Positions 1 to 8,468 of a stretch of DNA of 32,000 bases are shown here, piece by piece. A model generated the notes under the pieces. That model was not told the DNA's origin. It searched no databases and worked only from the letters and a program-made list of their open reading frames with translations. The stretch is from Patescibacteria group bacterium (GTDB lineage: Bacteria > Patescibacteriota > Minisyncoccia > UBA6257 > HR35), in contig JAMCWY010000015.1 of NCBI GenBank assembly GCA_023480925.1, forward strand, positions 8,338-40,337. The letters run 5' to 3'. A program made the position numbers and the translations under genes. Positions within the stretch are counted from its first letter, which is position 1. The number at the start of each line of letters is the position of its first letter.

Positions 1-340
1 AGACGATTTGCCAGAAGCCCGGCGAAACTTGGAGTAGATTTAATTTCCGGATTAGTTTCAAAGCCCAGAGATAAAGATAGGGATATTTTTTAAATGTTTG
101 GCCGGGAAATTTATAGCCGAGGATCGAGATGAGGCGATAATGTTCGAAGTCGGTCTTCAAAAAGACCTTGACGATCGTTCCGGTCTGAGCCAAACCAAAA
201 AGCCTGCCCTGGGGTCGATTTAAGCTTTGGCCAAAAACGGTCAAACCGCCAAATTTTTTTGTTAAAATATATATGGACGCGTCTTTTTCGCGCAGCGGTT
301 TTTTATTTAAAATTAATCCTTCAGTCTTAATATAAATCAT
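1..340 (-). CDS. recO: DNA repair protein RecO, N-terminal part (gene runs off the left edge of the window)
   Basis: Absent from the supplied ORF track because it has no stop in the window. The reverse frame is open from ATG at 340..338 down to position 1. It reads MIYIKTEGLILNKKPLREKDASIYILTKKFGGLTVFGQSLNRPQGRLFGLAQTGTIVKVFLKTDFEHYRLISILGYKF. This fits the RecO N-terminal OB-fold pattern (EG-hydrophobic-L, acidic pair, T-x-x-x-G, G-x-x-R-x-x-x-RL). Confidence 0.7.
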   Translation of the reverse strand, partial: MIYIKTEGLILNKKPLREKDASIYILTKKFGGLTVFGQSLNRPQGRLFGLAQTGTIVKVFLKTDFEHYRLISILGYKFPGQTFKKYPYLYLWALKLIRKLNLLQVSPGFWQIV

Positions 341-1574
341 GTTTCAAAAGTTAAAAAAATTTTACGGGCCTTTGTTAATTTTAGCCGTTTTTATTTTTTC
401 GGCGATTTTTTATTTTGTCGGTTTAAACCAAGGCGTCAGCCAAGCCCAACTCCAATCGTCTTTTCTCTCGTCTAAGGATTTTAGCCCGGAAAGTTATAAA
501 GTTTTTTGGCAGACTTGGGATCTGATTAAAAAGAATTATGTTGACCAGACGGCGGTTAACCCGGCTAAAGCCGGTTTGGCCGCGGCTCAGGGTTTGATCC
601 AATCGTTGGGCGATCCCTATTCGGAGTTATTTTCGCCTCAAGAAGCGAAAAATTTTAACATTGATTTGAACGGCAACTTCAGCGGCGTTGGCATCGAGAT
701 CGGTTATTATCAAGGCGTCTTGGCGGTTATCTCGCCCATCAAGGGTACGCCCGCGGCTAAGGCTGGTTTGGAACCGAATGATTATATTTTAAAGATTGAT
801 AATCAAGACGCTTCGAATTTAAGTTTAGATGGAGCGGTTTCGAAAATTAGAGGTCCGGCGGGAACGACCGTGACCTTGACGATTATGCGCAAAGGTTGGG
901 ATCAACCCAAAGATTTTAAACTTATTCGAGAAAATATTAACGTTCCGGCGATCACGAGCAAGTTCTTCCAGCCCGATATTGGTTATATCCAAATTAGCAG
1001 TTTCAACCAAAAAACCTATTCCGAGTTTGTCAGCGCCTATCAATCTTTGGTCAACCAGGGCGCGCGCCGTTTCGTTCTTGATTTACGCAATGATCCGGGC
1101 GGTTATCTTGACACGGCCATTCAACTCGCTCAACTTTACTTGCCCAAAGGTAATGTTATCGTCAGGGAGTGGTGGGGCGTGAAAAAGCAAGCTGATGTTG
1201 TTTATTCCGACGGGCCCGGCAGTTTGGCCAAGACGCCCACGGTTATCTTGGTTAACGGCGGCAGCGCTTCGGCGGCTGAAATTTTCTCGGCTGCTCTCCA
1301 TGACAATCTTGGCGTTGAATTGATTGGCCAAAGAACTTTTGGTAAGGGTAGCGTCCAGCAAGTTTTTAATATTGATAATTATATGCTTAAACTTACGGTC
1401 GCTTATTGGTTGACCCCCAATGGCGTGCGTTTGGAAGGCAAGGGTTTAAACCCCGATGTTGTCGTCAAGGAAAATCAAAACAGCGCCGAATCGATTTTTG
1501 GCAATCCTGATCCGACGACCGATCCGGTTTTAGCCAAAGGTATTAGTATTGTCGAAGGTTTAACGCCGAAATAA
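339..1574 (+). CDS. ctp: S41 family C-terminal processing peptidase (Ctp/Prc-like) with N-terminal TM anchor and PDZ domain
   Basis: 411-aa ORF with an N-terminal hydrophobic helix. PDZ-like GIEIGYYQGVLAVISPIKGTPAAKAGLEPNDYILKID. Catalytic Ser motif GGSASAAEIFSAAL and Lys motif TFGKGSVQ, both typical of S41 peptidases. Confidence 0.9.
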   Translation: MFQKLKKFYGPLLILAVFIFSAIFYFVGLNQGVSQAQLQSSFLSSKDFSPESYKVFWQTWDLIKKNYVDQTAVNPAKAGLAAAQGLIQSLGDPYSELFSPQEAKNFNIDLNGNFSGVGIEIGYYQGVLAVISPIKGTPAAKAGLEPNDYILKIDNQDASNLSLDGAVSKIRGPAGTTVTLTIMRKGWDQPKDFKLIRENINVPAITSKFFQPDIGYIQISSFNQKTYSEFVSAYQSLVNQGARRFVLDLRNDPGGYLDTAIQLAQLYLPKGNVIVREWWGVKKQADVVYSDGPGSLAKTPTVILVNGGSASAAEIFSAALHDNLGVELIGQRTFGKGSVQQVFNIDNYMLKLTVAYWLTPNGVRLEGKGLNPDVVVKENQNSAESIFGNPDPTTDPVLAKGISIVEGLTPK

Positions 1575-1576
1575 AA

Positions 1577-2065
1577 ATGGTAAACAAACTAAGAAAGAAA
1601 AATAAAAAAGATAAAAACTTAGCCGCGGTTTTGCTTGAAGACGTGCCGAAACTTGGTCAGTTTGGCCAGGTTAAAAAAATCAAAGCCGGCTTTTACCAAT
1701 TTTTGGCCAAGAAAAACAAAGTGGTTTTGTTAACGAAAGAAATTGAGGCTGACTTGGAAAAAGTTAAGACCGAGGCGCGGGCAAAAATCGAGGTTGGTCG
1801 TTTGGGCGCGGAAAATTTTAAAAACCAGATTGAGGCTTTGACTTACTTTGAAAAATTAAATGTTGGCAGCCACGGCGAGGTTTACAATTCCGTCGCCAAA
1901 GAGCAGATTAAAAATTTTTTACTTAGTCATAATCTTAAAATTGAGAAAAGTCAAATTGAGCTGGATCGGCCGATTCGAGAATTGGGCGATCATTCGGTTA
2001 AAATTCATCTTGGTCACGGTCTTGCGGCCGAGTTGAAAATCGTGCTCGAGCCGATCCAGGCTTAA
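1577..2065 (+). CDS. rplI: 50S ribosomal protein L9 with a short basic N-terminal extension
   Basis: VLLEDVPKLGQFGQVKKIKAGFYQFL matches the L9 N-terminal domain (V-LLEDV-x-LG-x-G-x-V-V-x-GYARNFL). Length and C-terminal domain are consistent. Starts 3 nt after the ctp stop. Confidence 0.85.
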   Translation: MVNKLRKKNKKDKNLAAVLLEDVPKLGQFGQVKKIKAGFYQFLAKKNKVVLLTKEIEADLEKVKTEARAKIEVGRLGAENFKNQIEALTYFEKLNVGSHGEVYNSVAKEQIKNFLLSHNLKIEKSQIELDRPIRELGDHSVKIHLGHGLAAELKIVLEPIQA

Positions 2066-2067
2066 TT

Positions 2068-2095
2068 TTGATCAAGTCCGCTAATTTAGTATAAT
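2068..2095 (+). promoter_or_regulatory. Candidate sigma-70-like promoter upstream of rplY (TTGATC - 16 nt - TATAAT)
   Basis: TTGATC at 2068..2073 and TATAAT at 2090..2095, 24 nt upstream of the rplY ATG. AT-rich context makes chance matches common. Confidence 0.4.
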
Positions 2096-2118
2096 ATTCA
2101 ACGAGACAAAATATTTAA

Positions 2119-2670
2119 ATGATTCAGTTGGAAAAAAGGAATTTAAACAAAAAAAGCCAGGAGCATAGAAAAAATGGCTATGTGCCAGGTGTTTTATATG
2201 GTCCGAATTTTGAAAACACTTTAGTTTTGGTCAAAGCGAGCGATTTAAAAAGAGTTTTAACCGGCCATTCGGGCGGATTGATTGATTTTAGTCTTTCCGG
2301 TCAGGCCGGTTCGGGCATTTTTCACGAAATTCAAAAGCATCATCTTTCGGGCCAGCCAATTCACTTTGATCTTTACGTCCCAATTCTCGATAAACCAGTC
2401 ACGGCGACTGTACCTCTGGTTTTTATCGGCGAGGAGGCGCTCGAACGTTTAGGTTTGATTTTAAATAAGACTTTAACTGAACTCGAGATTGAGTGTTTGC
2501 CCCGAGTCTTGCCTGATCAGATTGACGTTGATGTTGGTGGTTTAACTAAAGCGCATCAATCCTTATATCTGAAAGATTTGAATTTAACTAAGGCGATTAA
2601 AATTTTAACGTCGGCGGAAACGCCCGTGGCAACCGTCTTGCCAATTAGTGAAATTGAATCAAGCCAATGA
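2119..2670 (+). CDS. rplY: 50S ribosomal protein L25 / general stress protein Ctc form
   Basis: N-terminal RKNGYVPGVLYG motif and about 180-aa two-domain length, typical of Ctc-type L25. Confidence 0.85.
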   Translation: MIQLEKRNLNKKSQEHRKNGYVPGVLYGPNFENTLVLVKASDLKRVLTGHSGGLIDFSLSGQAGSGIFHEIQKHHLSGQPIHFDLYVPILDKPVTATVPLVFIGEEALERLGLILNKTLTELEIECLPRVLPDQIDVDVGGLTKAHQSLYLKDLNLTKAIKILTSAETPVATVLPISEIESSQ

Positions 2671-4160
2671 GGCTGATTGAAGAAATTAAAAAAAGAAAAT
2701 ATGACGGTGAGCGGATTGGTCAAAGATTCGATCGCCAATCTTCGGCCGAGGCCAAGCTGGTTTTTGTCAAAACCAATCGGCCGAGTTGGTTCAAGCTCAA
2801 TCAACCTTTTCGATTTAATTGGCAGGTTGGTCTGGTTTTTCTCGGCGTCGTAATTATCATTCTTGGTTTAAACTCAAGCACGGCCGCGCCAACCGGACCA
2901 AATTATTTTTCTTACGAAATCAAAGATAATCTTTTGGCTCAAGCGGTCGATATCGGCAAGTTGCGGTCGTCTCTTCAAAATCAACTCCAATCCGTTCTTA
3001 AGGAAATTAGCGGCTATAAAGTTCAGATTAACACCCTCCAATCGCAAAATCGAAGCCTAAGCGAAGAAATTGCGTACCTTGAGGCAGAGATTCATAAGAC
3101 CGAGCTGGAAATTGAGGCGGTCAAATTGGAAGTCGCCGATTTACAAAATCGGGTTGTTGAAACAAAGCAATCAATTTCTCAAACGCAGTCTAAGATTGAC
3201 CAGTCGAAAACATTTTTGGTCGCCTCGATCAGATATTATTATCAACTGACGCGGAAGTCAATTCTTGAAGTTTTCCTCGCCAACGAAACCTTATCCAATT
3301 ATTTTGACGATTTTGTTTTCGCCCAAAAACTTCAAAGTCAGATTAGCACGGAGATTGACAGCCTAAAAAAATTGGAAGCGAGTTTGGCTTATCAAAAACA
3401 ACAGTTGGAAAGTCAACTTCAAGAGCAAAGCGATCTTTTCCAGTTGGCGACGGTTAAGAAACAAGAATTGCAGAAATTAGACAGCAGCAAGCAAACGCTT
3501 TTGACTCAAACCCAAGGCCAAGAGAGCCGGTATCAAAGTCTTTTAGTTCAAAAAGAAAAAACCGCCGCCCAAATTAGAGCTCAACTTTATCAACTTGCCG
3601 GCGGCAGCGGCGCGATTACATTTGGCGACGCTTTAAAATTGGCTCAGTACGCCAGCAATCTCACCGGCATTCGGCCAGCTTTTCTTTTGGCTATTCTTGA
3701 TTACGAGACGAGGTTAGGTCAAAATGTCGGTTCTTGCCACTATCAGGACGCGATGAGTCCGGACGAACAGCCGGATTTTTTGAAAATCACAACTAAACTT
3801 GGTCTTGATCCGGATAATGTCTACGTCTCCTGTAAACCTTGGTATGGTTGGGGCGGCGCGATGGGACCGGCTCAGTTTATTCCGTCAACTTGGCTTGAGT
3901 ACAGCGATCGAGTTTCCGCCTTAACCGGCGATCGGCCGCCTTCGCCCTGGAACAATCTTGACGCTTTCACGGCCGCGGCGATCAAGTTGACCGACGCCGG
4001 CGCGGCTCAGCAAACTTATGACGCGGAATGGAAGGCGGCGATGATTTATTTCGCCGGTTCGAACTGGTCGCTGTCCTCGCTTAGCTTTTACGGCGACGAC
4101 GTTATGTCGATCGCCAGCCGGTATCAGACCGATATCAATACTTTAAATTCGGGTCAGTGA
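2667..4160 (+). CDS. Membrane-anchored coiled-coil protein with C-terminal SLT/MltB-like lytic transglycosylase domain
   Basis: One TM segment (VGLVFLGVVIIILGL) and about 250 aa of Q/L/E/K-rich heptad-like sequence. The C-terminal domain carries GWGGAMGPAQFIPSTW, the hallmark G-x-MG-x-x-QF-x-P-STW motif of family-3 lytic murein transglycosylases. ATGA overlap with rplY. Confidence 0.75.
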   Translation: MRLIEEIKKRKYDGERIGQRFDRQSSAEAKLVFVKTNRPSWFKLNQPFRFNWQVGLVFLGVVIIILGLNSSTAAPTGPNYFSYEIKDNLLAQAVDIGKLRSSLQNQLQSVLKEISGYKVQINTLQSQNRSLSEEIAYLEAEIHKTELEIEAVKLEVADLQNRVVETKQSISQTQSKIDQSKTFLVASIRYYYQLTRKSILEVFLANETLSNYFDDFVFAQKLQSQISTEIDSLKKLEASLAYQKQQLESQLQEQSDLFQLATVKKQELQKLDSSKQTLLTQTQGQESRYQSLLVQKEKTAAQIRAQLYQLAGGSGAITFGDALKLAQYASNLTGIRPAFLLAILDYETRLGQNVGSCHYQDAMSPDEQPDFLKITTKLGLDPDNVYVSCKPWYGWGGAMGPAQFIPSTWLEYSDRVSALTGDRPPSPWNNLDAFTAAAIKLTDAGAAQQTYDAEWKAAMIYFAGSNWSLSSLSFYGDDVMSIASRYQTDINTLNSGQ

Positions 4161-4212
4161 AACAACCGGTTATAATTAACTAATTAGTCGGGTTAATTAA
4201 AAAAATAAAACA

Positions 4213-4869
4213 ATGAGAAAAAATTTTTTCGTTCTTTTGTTGATATTTGCGCTTGGCTTTGTTTCGATTCCGTCTTTTTGGATCGTTCGAGCGGACCAGG
4301 CCGATACTGGCGATAATGGTAGGTATACAAGCGATCAGGTTGCCACTTCGTCGGCTCCGTCGGAAACAAACACCGAGGCGGCGAGCTTGGAGTCGAGCGA
4401 CTTAGTTTCAACTTCGTCTAACTCGATTGATTCTAACAATTCATTCAGCCTCGAAAATAACGGTCGGACAGTCGCCTCGGGTCAGGTCGTCAGTTTGACC
4501 AACCAAGACTTGGTTGTAAGTGTTCAGGGCTTTAATGTTGATTTTCAGTTGGCCAGTTCGACCCTCGTTCAATCACGGCTGGAGGGTGAAGGCGCGCTCG
4601 GTCAATCTTTTAATTTGAGTAACATTAATGTCGGCGATCGGGTTAAGGTCAAGGGTTGGTGGCAAGCTCAGACAAAAAATTTTGTCGCTTCGACCGTTAT
4701 CGATTTTAACCTTCAAGTTAATCGTGCCGATTTCAGTCAAGCTCTTAACGGTATTTTGAATAATGCCGAATTGGTTCAAAAACTGATTCAAATTTTGACG
4801 CCTTATCTTCATAACTTTGGTTTTGATCTTAGCCCGACTCCCACTTCAACCTCAACTCCGTCAAATTAA
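4213..4869 (+). CDS. Secreted hypothetical protein (signal peptide, S/T-rich linker, small beta-rich C-terminal domain)
   Basis: MRKNFFVLLLIFALGFVSIPSFWIVRA signal-like N-terminus and a low-complexity S/T/N-rich region. The VGDRVKVKGWW segment resembles small OB/beta-barrel domains. No family firmly recognised. Confidence 0.6.
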   Translation: MRKNFFVLLLIFALGFVSIPSFWIVRADQADTGDNGRYTSDQVATSSAPSETNTEAASLESSDLVSTSSNSIDSNNSFSLENNGRTVASGQVVSLTNQDLVVSVQGFNVDFQLASSTLVQSRLEGEGALGQSFNLSNINVGDRVKVKGWWQAQTKNFVASTVIDFNLQVNRADFSQALNGILNNAELVQKLIQILTPYLHNFGFDLSPTPTSTSTPSN

Positions 4870-5089
4870 TTATTATCAAAACAATCAATTTTTTCGCGCT
4901 TCAGATTTAACTGCGGCGGCTGTTTGAAATCGTCGGCTAAATTTGTTTTTCCGGTTTCTAATTTTGACCGTGGCAGTCTTTGGCTGGCTTGATTAAATTT
5001 AAAACCATAAGTTAAAATATCGCCTCGTCATAAAATCAACGGGTTTTGGTTTGTTTGCGATTAGGCCTGGTCGGTTTTTGTTTTTAAGT

Positions 5090-6532
5090 TTAAGGCTGAG
5101 GCGAAAACAAGTTTTTGATCAAGCGGTTAAATTTTTCGCCGCGATCGAACTCGTTTTTAAATTTTTCAAAACTGGCGCTGGCCGGCGAGAAGAGAATAAT
5201 TTTTTGGTTTAACTTAACCGCCAACGCCTTTTTGAAACAATCGTCTAATTGTTCGCAAATATTTTTTTCTTCGATCTCAAGGCCGATTTTTTTGAGTTGA
5301 TGGACTAATTTTTTTGTTGCGCTGCCGTTAAGTAAGATTAGTTGTTTTGGTTCCAGCCGGTTTTTAATCGTCAAGGTCAAATTTTTGAAATCGAGATTTT
5401 TATCCGTGCCGCCGACGATTAAAACCATATTTTTGGTCCCAAAATGATTTAGGGCTTGAATGGTCGCGGCCGGACTAGTGCTGGCACTGTCGTTGATGAC
5501 AATTAGATTTTTTTGTTTGAAAATAACTTCTTGGCGAAATTTGATTCGAGGTAAATTTTTCAGATTGGTTTTAATTCGGTTCAGATTTTTGGGATTGAAA
5601 ACAGCGGCGGCTTTTATTTGGCCGTAAACGTAAACGGTCAAAAGGCCGGCGAGAAGATTAGCCAAGTTGTGTTCGCCCCAGTTCAACCTAAATTCTTTAA
5701 CCGAAAAAAGTTTTTTTAGTTTTCGGTTCGATTGGAAATAAATAAAATTGTTTTTGACGAAGAGGCCGTTGGCTGATTTGGTTAAAGGCTTAAGCGAAAA
5801 AAAATAAATTTGACTCTTTAGCTTTTGTTTAAGCAACAACTCGGTCCAGTTATCATCGCGGTTTAAAATTAAAAAGTCGGCCGGTGTTTGGTTTTGAAAA
5901 ATTTTTGCCTTGGTTAAGACATACGTCTTCATATTTTGATAACGATTAAGGTGATCGGTTGAGATGTTGGTAATTAGGGCGATTTTTGGGCTGGGTTGGT
6001 TCATTCGGTAAAATTCGAGCTGGAACGAAGATAGTTCGACAACGCTCAGATCGGTTTTTTTCGTTTGGTCGATTATCTTGAGCAGGGGTTGATCCGGCTG
6101 GTTGCCGCCGAAACTGACTTTAAATCCGAGCCGGGTCAGAAAAAAATTCGTCCAAGTCGAAGTCGTTGTTTTGCCTCGCGTCCCGGTTATGGCGATGATG
6201 TCGTTTTGGCTTAATCGAAAAAACAAAGAGCAATCGTTTTCAATTTGTTTGTTTTTGGTTCGGGCGAACTGAATGAATTTATTTTTAAACGAAACGCCGG
6301 GGTTAACGACAATTAAATCAGCCCAACCTATGTCTTTAAACCGATGCCGACCAAGAATATAGGTCGCTTTAATTTTTCGCAAGCGCTTAATCGAGTCGGC
6401 TAAATTTTCTTTTGTTTGAAGGTCGGTGATTAAAATTTTGCTTTTTTGCCGATTAAACCACTTAACGCTGGCAACGCCGCCGCCCAATCGGCCCAGACCG
6501 AAAATTAAAATTTTTTTGTTTTTAAAAATCAT
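5090..6532 (-). CDS. murD: UDP-N-acetylmuramoyl-L-alanine--D-glutamate ligase
   Basis: N-terminal Rossmann KKILIFGLGRLGGG, Mur ligase P-loop ITGTRGKTTT and about 480-aa length with MurD-like architecture. Confidence 0.85.
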   Translation of the reverse strand: MIFKNKKILIFGLGRLGGGVASVKWFNRQKSKILITDLQTKENLADSIKRLRKIKATYILGRHRFKDIGWADLIVVNPGVSFKNKFIQFARTKNKQIENDCSLFFRLSQNDIIAITGTRGKTTTSTWTNFFLTRLGFKVSFGGNQPDQPLLKIIDQTKKTDLSVVELSSFQLEFYRMNQPSPKIALITNISTDHLNRYQNMKTYVLTKAKIFQNQTPADFLILNRDDNWTELLLKQKLKSQIYFFSLKPLTKSANGLFVKNNFIYFQSNRKLKKLFSVKEFRLNWGEHNLANLLAGLLTVYVYGQIKAAAVFNPKNLNRIKTNLKNLPRIKFRQEVIFKQKNLIVINDSASTSPAATIQALNHFGTKNMVLIVGGTDKNLDFKNLTLTIKNRLEPKQLILLNGSATKKLVHQLKKIGLEIEEKNICEQLDDCFKKALAVKLNQKIILFSPASASFEKFKNEFDRGEKFNRLIKNLFSPQP

Positions 6533-6792
6533 TCTATTATCATTTTAAATGATTCTTCCCACTTGTTTCTGATCGAATTTATCCCAAATATCGAACTCAA
6601 AATTTTGGCGTGATGAAATTTATCTAATTCCGACTTTTAAACTCAGTTTTAATCCAGCCGCGATCGCGTCGGGAAGTCGTGTCTAAAGAAGTCGGGATTC
6701 TTGTTTAATTTTTAAGGATTGTTTTAGGGCTGTCGAATAAACTCTAAAGATAGGTTCTAGCCAGAATTTTCCCCAGGTCTGGAGATTTGAAT

Positions 6793-8028
6793 TTATAGAC
6801 TGAGATTTTTAAGATAACGCCAGATCGAGTCGTTTTTTATTTGTTTGAAGCGGAGCGCCTCTTTTTCACTAAAAGCCCGAGGCCGGTTTGATTTAATTTG
6901 GTTGTTGAAAAAAATAATCGGAACGGGACCGAACTGATGTTGACCGGTTTTCGAGTTGGTAATATGATCGCCGGTAATGACGAAAATAAAATCATCGAGG
7001 TTAAGTTTTTTAATCAACTGGCCGAAAGCAAGATCGAATTTTTCAAAAAACATTTTTTTCTTTTCCGGATTTTTGTCGTGGCTGGCCTCGTCCGCGGTTT
7101 TAAGGTGGACGTAGGTGATGTCGGCCCTAACTTGGTTATTTAAGACCGCTTTAAAGATAAATTCGAGTTGGTCCGATTCTTTTTTTAGCTCCGGCACGGT
7201 TAATGTTTTAAATCCGGCTAGTTCGCAGGTTCCTTTGATTACGCCATTTTCAGCGACAACCAGACCGCTTTTAAAGTTGAAGCGCTGAAAAAAATTTTTT
7301 ATTCGAGGCAGACCGACGCCGCCGCCGCGGGCAAGGAGAAAATTAATTTTAAAAAGTTTTTTGGCCAAACGTTTTTGATTGAGGGGATTTCGATCGAGGT
7401 AGTCGTGGCTGACGCTTAAGAACGATTGAACCAGGTCGGCCGTCTTGATTGAATTTTTGTCTCGAACCAATGGCTTAATCGGCAGAACTTTTTTGTTGGT
7501 TGAAAGCGGATCGGCGTTTGAGATTTGATCCGATAATTTAAATTTATTTTTATTCGGATCTGATTTGAAAACTAAAACGCCGCGGTGGCCATAAGTTGAG
7601 TAGAGGCGAAAAGGAACTAAAAATGGTATTTTATTTAGATCGGCGACCAAATTTTTAACGCCCCAGTTGTTTCGACCGGCCCGGCGGTCAATGATTTTAA
7701 GATTGGCGTCAACGCTGCCAAAATCAATTCGAAAGGCAAGATCGGAATTTTTATAGGCAATCTCGCTCCCAATCGCTTCGATTGGCCCGCGCCGAACATG
7801 AATTTTTTTAACCGAATAACCCAAAAGACCAAGATTGGCGTCTTGACTGACGCTGGCATAACCGTCTTTGGGCCAGCTTGATTTGTTTAAGGGCAAGGTC
7901 CAACTCAAAAAACTTCGATTAAGCAATTGGCCGATATTTTTAGACCGAGCCAAAGCCAGAGGTGTCTTCGGCCCGGCCGGATCGGCCAGACCGTCAATCA
8001 GGAAAAAAATAATTTTTTTCGTCTTCAT
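6793..8028 (-). CDS. apgM: Cofactor-independent phosphoglycerate mutase, archaeal type (ApgM family)
   Basis: N-terminal IIFFLIDGLAD metal-binding motif, C-terminal ITGDHITNSKTGQH motif and 411-aa length, typical of ApgM-type metalloenzyme mutases. Sits next to pgk. Confidence 0.75.
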   Translation of the reverse strand: MKTKKIIFFLIDGLADPAGPKTPLALARSKNIGQLLNRSFLSWTLPLNKSSWPKDGYASVSQDANLGLLGYSVKKIHVRRGPIEAIGSEIAYKNSDLAFRIDFGSVDANLKIIDRRAGRNNWGVKNLVADLNKIPFLVPFRLYSTYGHRGVLVFKSDPNKNKFKLSDQISNADPLSTNKKVLPIKPLVRDKNSIKTADLVQSFLSVSHDYLDRNPLNQKRLAKKLFKINFLLARGGGVGLPRIKNFFQRFNFKSGLVVAENGVIKGTCELAGFKTLTVPELKKESDQLEFIFKAVLNNQVRADITYVHLKTADEASHDKNPEKKKMFFEKFDLAFGQLIKKLNLDDFIFVITGDHITNSKTGQHQFGPVPIIFFNNQIKSNRPRAFSEKEALRFKQIKNDSIWRYLKNLSL

Positions 8029-8031
8029 TGC

Positions 8032-8409
8032 TTAAGGATTAAAAATAAAAAATTTTGGCAGAAAAACAAGGACGGCGATGACAACGCTAAAAATGACAAA
8101 CAAAAGCACGGCCGCGCCGGCGATGTCCTTGGCTTTTTTGATTTCCGGATTAAAGTCGGTCGTGATGGCGTTGCCGAGTTCTTCGATGCTGGTATTAAGC
8201 ATTTCGATGACAAGGCCAAGTAAGATTAAAATGAAGATAACAAACCACTCTTCCAGACTGATTCGTAAGACCAAACCAAGGGCGACAGCCAAGCCACTAA
8301 AAAGGATTTCGATCAAAAAGTGCCGATGGGTTTGAATTAGATAAAAAAAACCGGATCCGGCCGAACGAAAACTTCGTTTTAACGCCCTTTTTTTTGGTTT
8401 TTGCTCCAT
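8032..8409 (-). CDS. dgkA: Diacylglycerol kinase / undecaprenol kinase family protein
   Basis: 125-aa three-TM protein with EMLNTSIEELGN and AKDIAGAAVLL motifs, characteristic of DgkA. Confidence 0.85.
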   Translation of the reverse strand: MEQKPKKRALKRSFRSAGSGFFYLIQTHRHFLIEILFSGLAVALGLVLRISLEEWFVIFILILLGLVIEMLNTSIEELGNAITTDFNPEIKKAKDIAGAAVLLFVIFSVVIAVLVFLPKFFIFNP

Positions 8410-8468
8410 TGAATTTTTACCCAGATAAAATTTTAATTGATCGTCGTTTTATCCTGAATATTATTTTA

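Noticed and set aside
1-93. Plus-strand frame open from position 1 to TAA at 91..93 (…RRFARSPAKLGVDLISGLVSKPRDKDRDIF)
   Set aside because: It is only 30 codons. The opposite strand carries a 113-codon open frame with a convincing RecO N-terminus spanning the same DNA, so I treat this as a shadow frame.
270-312. Terminator-like cgcg-tcttttt-cgcg followed by a T-run
   Set aside because: The stem is only 4 bp. The sequence lies inside the recO coding frame and upstream of ctp, so it is not a convincing terminator.
6533-6792. 260-nt apgM-murD spacer as a possible ncRNA (contains the cgcgatcgcg palindrome and gaagtcg direct repeats)
   Set aside because: It has only short, weak pairings and no recognisable RNA family motif. 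It is most simply the murD promoter region. Worth a covariance scan, but I cannot support a feature.
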